From the NCBI RefSeq assembly GCF_009914755.1, contig NC_060928.1: a stretch of 64,000 bases of DNA. One strand, given 5' to 3'. Both the position numbers and the translations under genes were made by a program. Within the stretch, counting starts at the first letter, position 1. Every line of letters starts with the position of its first letter. This stretch comes from the human T2T-CHM13v2.0 reference genome, Homo sapiens. Below are positions 51,279-64,000 of this stretch, piece after piece. Below the pieces are notes generated by a model. The model saw only the letters and a list, made by a program, of their open reading frames with translations. It searched no databases and was not told the DNA's origin.

Positions 51279-53425
51279 AACATGGCCGAATTGAATTGTT
51301 TGACATTTGGTAGCCATATATGTAATTGAAGAAGTTATATATTTCACTTTTTGACAACCGAAAAAGTTTGCCTTGTTTCAAATCATGTGCTGGCTGTTTT
51401 GTAAGTAAATTTATACATGGATGTCACTTAAAACTAAACTCTTGATCATAACAGGGTTGAATATATATTTTGAATATACATTAGCTTATTCAAAACTCTT
51501 GTTTCACTACTGTGATCTCTGTCTCCTTTATACACCTCTATCCCCATGCCAAATCTTAAGTAACACCACCAGAAAGTGAACAGGGAAAATAACAGGACAT
51601 GGAATTCAAATCAAGCAATATAGTTCTTATAAAGAGTTCCAATAAAACATTTCAGAAGAAAAAGTATGAAACAAGCTAAAAGTAAGTTTCACTTAGAAAA
51701 CTTCTCCCCACTCACACTCCCCACCAAATAATCTCATATTATTTGGGAAATATTTGGATTTCAATTGTCCCTACCCAGCCTAAACTAAGGTAAATGATAA
51801 TTAGCATACACTACCTTAATATTGTGATGAAAATCAGTAAAGATAGAACGTTTTCTAAAGGTCAAAAATAATATATTTATTATTACTGGGGAAAGCTCCC
51901 AGGTTAAATATAACTTTTTTAAAATGTAACATTTGGACCTAGACCTACTTTAATATATCATTTGAAGTTTCAGACAATTTTGGTGCTAATTACTTTTTGT
52001 GAGTTTTTAAAGTCTCATAGCCTAGTTGACTGCACCCTATGGTAATGCCATATTTTCTTGTATCTAACAAGTTGCATATTTTTTCCTAGAGAGACATTTT
52101 CAGTGTATTTTTTTTTAGAAATTTATAATTTTATAGTTCTTTCATAACACTTATTCTGAGTTTTGAAACAATGTATTTCCTATCTTGACATGGATTTTTT
52201 CACAAAAAATTTGTATTTTACTGTTGTTTTCAGGAAAAAAATCAGATCATTTTTCTTTGATATCTATATCAGAAAGGTACAATATTAACAGTATAAAACC
52301 AAATGCTTAAATTTGGAACTTAGCCAATTTTGATAATCTTTTTCTAAGGCTAAAGTCACATCAGTAATTGGCTAGCCATGTTATTAAGGTGTCTTAATTC
52401 AGCATTTTCAGGTTTTATATTGAAATACGCATTTCTTTAAATATTCTTTGAAAATGGAGAATGGCTTTAGTGATATTTTGGGTTTTGTTAGAGAACCTAA
52501 AATCTTTACACTTTCATCTCAAAGATTATAAAGGAAAGGGGGGTAGTTAAGATTTAGAATTCAAGTTAAATTTCAGAAATTGGGGCAGTCAGGCATTTGT
52601 ATCTTTGGTAGGGCAACAAGTAAAACATGTAGAGTGCTTGCTATCCCACTTCATAAAGCTTTTACCCAATCTTATTTCTAAACCTCTGTGCATTCTTAGT
52701 GTCTTCTCATTCTGAAACAGAAAATAAGGAAAAACATTTAACTTAGTTTTCTAAAATCAGATAATCCTAAACAAAAATGTTAGTCAGGGTCACTAAAAAG
52801 TATTGCACATTTATATAAATACAGTCCTTTTAAAATTTGACTTTTAAAAAACAAAAGACTTTGTACGATATTGTGTTTTTATTGCTTTTGCAATATTTTT
52901 ATAGTAGCCTTTATGAACTCAGTATAAGTGCAAGTTGTTTGAAAAGGTGTTTTTATTAGTGCACAATAGAATTGTGAGGTTTTCAATAGATGTCATGAGA
53001 TTTTGTATATCTACATAAAATATCAGTACATTTTTTTCTAATGCTACTGGAAATTTTACTTTTCCTTTGCAACACATAAATGATATGATGTACAAAATAA
53101 CAGCTCTGGTTCCACCAGTACCTAATGTTGAAAACATTTTTAAAGTAATTTTTAATACTAACTATTTAGTATACTGTCAGTACTGTACATCTGCACACTG
53201 GTGTTAATAGGGTATATATTAAATTATATAAAGAAATAAGATATTTTGCTGTTATTCTTTCTACATATATTATTGGTCAGTACATCAAATAATATTTGGC
53301 TTTGATATGGGAAAAAACAAACTTTGCCTATGTAATGGAAATAAAATATTTTCTTTTATGAAATATATTAGAATGCAGATTATACTAATATCCTGAAATA
53401 AAACTGGTAATTTATTTGGTTCATG
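51279..53425 (+). other. FAM241A: FAM241A 3'UTR (AU-rich, no recognisable repeats); 3' end inferred
   Basis: Follows the stop codon; AATAAA at 51641-51646, 53340-53345 and 53397-53402. Confidence 0.65.
53340..53402 (+). terminator. Candidate distal polyadenylation signals (two AATAAA)
   Basis: AATAAA 53340-53345 and 53397-53402, upstream TGTA motifs, U/GU-rich sequence downstream. Confidence 0.6.
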
Positions 53426-53443
53426 GTATAAAGAATTAGATTG

Positions 53444-53707
53444 GGCCGGGCGCGGTGGCTCACGCCTGTAATCCTAGCACTTTGGGAGGCTGAGGCGGGT
53501 GGATCACAAGGTCAGGAGATCGAGACCTTCCTGGCTAACATGGTGAAACCCCATCCCTACTAAAGGTACAAAAAATTAGCCGGGCCTGGTGGCAGGTGCC
53601 TGTCGTCCCAGCTACTCAGGAGGCTGAGGCAGGAGAATGGCGTGAACCCGGGAGGCAGAGCTTGCAGTGAGCACTCCAGCACTCTGGGTAACAGAGTGAG
53701 ACCCCAT

Positions 53708-53736
<29 letters not shown>
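53444..53736 (+). mobile_element. AluY-like with small right-arm deletion
   Basis: gagatcgagacc...ggagaatggcgtgaacccggg; flanks aatt(a/g)gattg. Confidence 0.9.
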
Positions 53737-53738
<2 letters not shown>

Positions 53739-54038
53739 GGATTGAAAATGATTCTCATCATTTCAATCTCAAATACAAGCCAGTTTTAGAAACTGTTATT
53801 GCTTATGAATAAAGAAATAGAAGTTACAATGCTAAGGTTATTACATAATGCATACTCATATGGCCAGTAATTCAAAAGAAAAAGGTCGAAGTCTACAAAT
53901 AAACAGACTGTAGATGAGTAAATCCATTTTTCTTAAAGTAAAAACTCTGTATTTTGTAGAATTCTGTCCTCTCATACCTTAAGCTGTCATGGGCAAGGTA
54001 TTTTCCCATTCCTGGCTACAGGCAGATCATTCCTAGTC

Positions 54039-54243
54039 CAGTAGTGTGCTGGAGCAAGCTTGCACTGGCTTACAAGAGCCAACTGTGAACATTTTTTCTG
54101 CCTTCAGTGCTGTCAAGTTGGTAGTTTGAAATTGGCCATGGTGAGAGTATTTACACCAAAAAAATTAGTAAACACTGCAAATCAGATCTTTTTTTTTTTT
54201 TTTTCCTTGAAAGCCAGCTGTTAAACATACATCAGCACACCCT
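54039..54243. mobile_element. MER63-like hAT DNA transposon
   Basis: cagtagtgtgctggag...gtttgaaattggccatggtg...gttaaacatacatcagcacac. Confidence 0.7.
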
Positions 54244-54736
54244 AGAGGCCACATTCCCATTTCTATTCCTACAGATACGAAAGTAAAGAACAGAACACAT
54301 TTTGTGAAATAAAAGAAAGCATATGAGGTAAATCCCCATCGACCCACCCAAAACTGAATCTGGCTCTTTCCCTTGTGGGTATTATGGTTCATGGTTATCT
54401 TCTGACCAACAAATCTCTATTTAATCATGTTTTGACCACAGAAAATCTCTCTAGGCTGTCACCAAGCTGTAAATCCACTAAAGACTATCCAGGCAATCAG
54501 GAAAGGCAAAACTTACAGAATGATAGAGGAAAAATTACAGTATAAGTAAAGGTCTGTTGTAATATAGAAAGCTCAAAATAGTCAAAGCCAGGTTTGGAGC
54601 AATCAAAGGCTATTCGTGTGGTTCATAGATTGTTTTAATAGTTATTTTACAAATGTTTATTAATTTCAGGTGTTTAAAATGCTTTCATTACCAATTTATG
54701 GCTTTACAATTGAAGGGAGAAAAAAAAATGTAAGAC

Positions 54737-55111
<375 letters not shown>

Positions 55112-55269
55112 CTATGACTTCAGGAGTATTGGTGGATTAGAGGTCATTTGCAACTCTTGTCTCTCTGCCCAACATTTAATTTTTGGTATGCGTTGGAGTT
55201 CAGTCCAACAGCCTGCTCTCACATCACTCCACACAGCAGCTCGGCAATGTCACCACTCCCGTGGCTGCA

Positions 55270-56300
55270 GAGTTACCATTTGCATCCTAACAGCTCCCCA
55301 ATTTGCATCTCTAGATCAGAGCACTGTACAGAATTTAAGACTCCTACATTCAATTGCTTGCCCAATATTTATTTGCATTTGGTTATCCCATAGTACCCAA
55401 GACTCAGCGTGTCCAAACGAGCGCAGCATCCTTCTCCCAAATCTTTAATTCCTGTTTCCCATCTCAGCAAATGACACAATCCTTTCCCTAACTGCTCAAG
55501 CAGGAGTTGTAGATGACATCCTTGACTCTGTGTTTCCTACACTACCTACATGTAACCAAGTACCAAATCTATTTTACTTCTAAAAATATAATCTTTCTAC
55601 TTCTATTCATTCCTAGCATCACTGAGTCCATTCTGCCATCATCTCACCTGGCATGCTGAGAATCCTGATTAGCCTCCCTACCTTCATTTTCCACTTTGTA
55701 GTTACAGATCTTTCTAAAGAATTATTCTAACATGATTCTGATATCCTTGACCTAAATCTTTTCAATGGCTTTCTGTTTTCGTTATGATAAAGTCCTTATG
55801 CCTTAATATGTTTTACAAGGCTCTTCATGTACTGGTTCTTGCGTACCTCATCTCTCTATACTGCCACTCTCCATTTCCAGGATTCAACTATACTGAACTT
55901 TTCCCCAGTTCCTTTAAAGAGACATGCTTTCTTACTTCCAGAACTTTGTACATGCTTTACTTCTTTAACTGCTCCCTACCAGACTGACCAATATCTACAC
56001 AGCCTTAAGACCTCAAGTGAGACATCATGTCCTCCAGGGAAACTTCTCTGACTCCTTTAAATCCAGTTTTGGTTCTTCATTATGGCTTGGTTTCTCAAGT
56101 GCAACCCTGTGCTTTCCAGGTCAGCACTTCTCATGCTATATTGCAATAGCTTATTTGTCAGCTGCTGCTTTAATAATTGATTAATTATTAAATTAATCAA
56201 TAGGCTTCACAAGGGAAGAGAACATGTCTGTCATTCTATAATTGCATTGCTAGTGCCTAACACAATGCCTGGGACATAATAGGCCATCAAAATATTTATC
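55270..56300 (+). mobile_element. L2 LINE fragment(s)
   Basis: Pyrimidine-rich L2 body ending gtgcctaacacaatgcctgggacataataggccatcaaaatattta. Confidence 0.7.
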
Positions 56301-56675
56301 AAGTAAACCCACTTCATCTACTCATGGTCTTCATATAGACCACTAACAAAAAAGATCTAGAGCTGGTTGTACTTTGAAGTTCTTTGACTCCAAAAGTATA
56401 CTTACTGTGCACAAAGAGCATGGGTTGATGTATACATTATAATTTATAAAGCTATTCACTTCTGATAAAAGAATACTGCTGTTATTTGGATACATACACA
56501 GTATTTCCACTATACACTTGTGTATTTTAGGAGAAAATGTATTTTCAATGTTTGGTTGATTCACTATTTTTCCAAAAAGGATATTTTACAATACCTACGG
56601 TCACTGATACTACCAGAACTTCACTTTTGTTCAGTATTTTTTAATAGACCTTTATTTACTACATTTTAATTTTTT

Positions 56676-59426
<2,751 letters not shown>

Positions 59427-60734
59427 TTACAAAAAACTCTTAAACTTTTTTGTGAGCAGAAATTCTCAAGTATCGAAGCGTGGTGTTTTAGGCTCCAGAA
59501 GAAATCCACTATTACAGTGTCCTAGTAGCCCAGACATATGTGTTAAATGACATGTATATACTTTGTTATTCTTTCTAATAAATAATACTCTTTTACAACT
59601 CTGCCTTCTGAGTGTCTCTTCCAACTCCCTATCACATGTTCTACTTACCAGTTAATGGCTGCCACATCCAGTTTGGAATGACCAAAGCAACAACAAACAT
59701 CTGAGGGTGAACAGAGGTTATCTTTTTTCCTTATCCCTATTGCTGGAACAGAATGCCAAGACATGACATGTATGGCTTCCCAGGAAAGGAGAAGTGGGAA
59801 AACCAAGATCAAGACCAACCTCTGCCTCCAAGCTGTATTTTTCTTCTTTCTGTTGGCTTGACTATTGTGTAAGTTAGAATTATCGAATAAACTCTGCAGA
59901 AGCCTGCTAGCGATCCAAAACATATTTATGTTTATTAAATTTGAGTTATCTTTTCAGCAATTAAAGTTTATCATTTAATCTTTAATTGACTTAGTTGGAA
60001 ATTTCTTTGCCAGTTTTCCAAAACACCATAGAATACAGTAACTTGTATCATAAAACCATGGACCTTTTTTGCTATTGGTTTCCCCCAGTATTATAAGAGG
60101 CTAGTTTATAGTCTATTTTTAATGTGAGGTGTTTAACGTAAGAAAATTTTATATACAATGTACTTATTAATACCACAGTTAAGACAAACACTTTAAAAGA
60201 TTTTTCTGGGAGTAGCAGGATATGTAATGACATTATCCATATTTGAAAATATGTACCATCTACTGAATGCCCTTCTCTGGTCTGTCATGATTGTTTCTGT
60301 TAATGTTTTCCTCATTTTTTAGGTATAAAATTCTAAAAATAGTCATGATTAGTTTTTCCATGAGGCCACAGCACCAGGTAGCCACAGCAGGCTACTTCTG
60401 AAGGACCCTAAGTCATAATTTTTTAATATATTTTCTGTTTTAAAGGGCACAAGAGTTATGTATGTAAACAGAACATATAAATAAAGGTTAAGAAGAAACA
60501 GGTACAAAAGGAAAACACCCTCCCTGGGTATTACTTTGGAGAGATGAACCTAAATAAATTCATCTTTCACAAAACTCTAATGATGATTTTTCATATGAGG
60601 TGAAGCATTTGTTTAATAGACCAGTGGTTTTTAAAGATTTTTAAATTTAGTTTACATAAAATCTTACACAAATATCACATATAGGATACCTAAATATCAT
60701 TTATATGATAAAAGAGCTGCTATGATTGATTTTA

Positions 60735-61085
60735 CTGTAGGTCAAAGTTCCCTGGGAAGCAGACTTGGAAGAAATTAGCATGCAGAAAGTATACTAGAGA
60801 GTGCTCTGGGATTGGCACCTGTAAGGGAAGTAAAAGATGCAAGACTGGACAGAGGGGGTTAAGCAATACGGTCACAACAGGGCCACAACTCTATGGGGTG
60901 CTTTGAAGCTAGGATGGTCCTTTAGAGTTGTTTCATGGTGAGAGAAGACAGCTCTCTCCTGCAAAAAGCAATTCCCAGGGAGAGCTGACAGCTGGGGATT
61001 ATCAAGCAGCACTCCCAGCAGCTATCAAAATAAATCCTTTGGTTCTGAAGGGAGGATTTGAGCAGCAAAATGTAGCATCTACTAT
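60735..61085. mobile_element. Old ERVL-type LTR (LTR16-like)
   Basis: tgtaggtcaaagttccctgggaagcagac...ttagcatgcagaaag resembles LTR16-family terminus as I recall it. Confidence 0.45.
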
Positions 61086-61226
61086 AGAGTCCATTCTTTT
61101 CTTATCTTGTCCTCCATGGTACCTCAGTCACTTTCAAAAACCTTAGTCTTCAGAGTACCATACAAAAATCACTGATTTAAATCATAAACTCATTGACTAA
61201 GATGGCTTAAAAATTGGGGGAATACT

Positions 61227-61530
61227 GGCCGGGCGCAGTGGCTCAGGCCTGTAATCCCAGCACTTTGGGAGGCCGAGGCGGGTGGATCACGAGGTCAGGA
61301 GATCGAGACCATCCTGGCTAACACGGTGAAACCCCGTCTCTACTAAAAATACAAAAAATTAGCCGGGCCTGGTGGCGGGCCTCTGTAGTCCCAGCCACTC
61401 GGGAGGCTGAGGCAGGAGAACGGCCCCGGGAGGCGGAGTCTGCAGTGAGCCGAGATCGTGCCACTGCACTCCAGCCTGGGCGACAAAGCAAGATTCCGTC
61501 TCAAAAAAAAAAAAAAAAAAAAAAACAAAA
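61227..61530 (+). mobile_element. AluY
   Basis: gagatcgagaccatcctggctaacacggtg; flanks aaa(t/c)tgggg(g)aatac. Confidence 0.92.
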
Positions 61531-61669
61531 AACTGGGGGAATACCTACACCTTTAGTCTGTTGTGTTGCCTAGCTTCTACCATAAGATTCGGTATTCAGT
61601 TATGATAAAGCTTTAGTTGACTTAACAGTATGTCCAGAAGCAAAAAATGGCTTGCCTCTGTTAGGAATA

Positions 61670-61672
<3 letters not shown>

Positions 61673-61707
<35 letters not shown>
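61673..61707. repeat. Poly(A)35 run
   Basis: Direct count. Confidence 0.95.
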
Positions 61708-61710
<3 letters not shown>

Positions 61711-62369
61711 TTGACAAGAAAGCCCATTACTTAAAGCTAGGAGTAGGAAGTCAATGACATTTTGTACATATAAACTGCATAGACCAGTATTTAAGCTAAT
61801 AAGTCTGCCAGATGGGGCCTCACAAGATATCAGGACAAACCATCATTAGGGCATGTCATGGGAGCTGGATAGGTTCAAGCACAGACGTAGGTAAGTCTTT
61901 CCAGAACTCTGATTTGTGCTTTCTGGCCCCCTCCCCAAGTTCCCAAAGCAGTTTTAATCCTCAAACTTTTGGAGCATGTTCGAAATAAGATTTTCAATGG
62001 CAGAAAAGAACTCACTTCAAAGAAATCATATGCTGTGCCCCCACCCCAAAGCACTATTGGAACTGATGTATGACTTGGAGATTTGGCTCTAATCCTGACT
62101 TTTCTATTTATTTTTAGAACATAGGGTCTCATAAGCCAGATTTGGTGAATCAGTAAGCACTCAAGAGCTTTCTCCAGTCTTAGTCCAGAATATTTTGGGG
62201 GCTCCCTAATAGAGTCTTAGGAGTGGGCATGATCAAGGAAGACAATGACCCCAACCCAGTTATGCACAAAAACTACAGTAGTGTTGAGGCATGCTTTTCC
62301 TCTTCGGTTATAGGAAAATTTTAGAATAATGTCCAAACAAACTTCCAGGTAAAAGATACTCTTTATGTC

Positions 62370-62555
62370 AGACCTGAATTTAAGACTTGGTTCTGCCATT
62401 TACTCGGTGTAGAACTTGTACAAGTAATACATCTTTTTAAACTTCAAGTCCCTCATCTGTAAAACGAGGTAATTTTTAAGACGGCATAAGTTACTAGGTA
62501 TCTTATCATAGTGCCTTGCATATAGCAAGCTTTCAATAAATGCTGGTCATTATCA
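62370..62555 (+). mobile_element. MIR SINE
   Basis: cagacctgaatttaagacttggttctgccatttact...cctcatctgtaaaacgagg. Confidence 0.7.
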
Positions 62556-64000
62556 TTAAACATTCACACATGATAAATGAGATGACCTTCTTCACTACCC
62601 ATGGAAAGCTCATATAGTGAGAGCCACAAAAGGTTTAGTTATTTTATTGTTGACAAAAGATAACTACAAGGGAATTCTATTACACTGCTCTTCTGTTCCC
62701 AATCACTCATGATTGAAATCTTTGTGAAATCTTTTATTTCTACTATGAGTGCTTCATGAGTTAAAATGATCATAAAAATAAGGAATAAGCCAACAAGTTA
62801 ATGAACAGAAATAAAATGTGCTTTGTGCAACCATACCTTCTTTAACAAGATGCATTGTTTTCTTGAAGCCTCTATTTGCCACAATACCATGCACTTTCTG
62901 TTGCCTCTTTGCCTTGGAAAACTTAGGTGCAGAACCACACTCAACAATTCACACACGATTCTGCTGTGGGTTTAAACATTTTCAAAATGATATCAATTCT
63001 GAAAATACTTAGCTCTAAATTTTCCTGCATTTCATAAACATACTATTAGGGTATGTTTATAGAATAATATGTATCTTGCTTTGGTTTTAAAATGAAATTT
63101 CAAATTAATTTGTTTGTCTGTGCTATATTGTCAATACACACTTAAAAATGTTTGACCAAGATAAATATAATTATACCCAGAATAACCTGTATTCAAAATG
63201 TATACCCTATATTAGTACTCTCACATAAAATATCCAGCCCACATCAAAACATATGGATACATTCTATATAAAAGTAGATAATATAAGCCAGGAATGGTGA
63301 TTAATATGGATTAATATGTATTAGTAATATGTTCATAAAGTCTTATCTTTTTAGTCTGAAAACATGCTACATGCATATTATGATTTTAATTAGTCTTTTT
63401 CTATTTTAGCAAACCTTCAGTTACATTGTTCCCTCCTGGACTTCCCTTTCATATTTCCTTTTCTTTCAAGTATTTCTCCCTACCTGAAAAGTGGAAGTTT
63501 CTCAAATCAGATGTTTATGAAAAGTTATGGCATATCTTTAGTGCCATCTCTTAGTACACTTCAAAACTGGTTCTCCCACATTTTCCTTAACTGTCAATTT
63601 ATGCTTTCAGATATTTTTATAAGATGCTCAGATAGAGCTGATGTTGGCCCATACAGTTCTCCAGGCATTTCTCCATTTTTCAAATTGTGAGAAACATTTC
63701 TTGAGAACTCCTTTCCTGAATACCTGATCTTCACAATCACCTCTCTGTAATGGAAATATACTGTGCTTTTTCTTCCCTTACCATATCACTGACTGTCGAT
63801 GAGACAGATTTTCTTCCACTATCTTGGCTTGCAAAAGCCCTAGGCTAACAAAGAAGACATTATTTTTGCAATGGCAGAAAGACTTAGAAACAAAAAGACC
63901 TGGGCTATAAAATTTGTTTTAAATTACAGGTGCTTTACTGGCACCATTTACTGATGCTAGGTGGTGCTCCTTCATTTCTGCCAAATCAAGTAAGAAACTG

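Overview
Primate, almost certainly human, genomic DNA: it carries a human-specific-type AluYa5 and L1PA elements. The window holds one complete two-exon protein-coding gene on the + strand, FAM241A (C4orf32; 132 aa, C-terminal hydrophobic segments). Exon 1 CDS is 9942-10094 in a CpG island, followed by a 40.9 kb intron, exon 2 CDS at 51033-51278 and an AU-rich 3'UTR of about 2.1 kb. The intron contains a processed RPL36A pseudogene. The rest is interspersed repeats: about 24 Alus, several L1s, MaLR LTRs, MER DNA transposons and L2/MIR. Nearly all other ORFs in the track are repeat-derived or chance ORFs. I found no evidence of a new biological system. The most notable signals are retrotransposition fossils: a probable L1 3' transduction inside a doubly nested twin-primed L1 within an MLT1 LTR, an L1 with a tandemly doubled 3' end, an L1PA3 inserted in an Alu tail leaving about 735 open codons of ORF2, a young AluYa5 inverted against a nearby AluY, and several template-switch hairpins. 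Repeat subfamily names come from my recall of consensus sequences and were not computed; boundaries are approximate unless TSDs are given.
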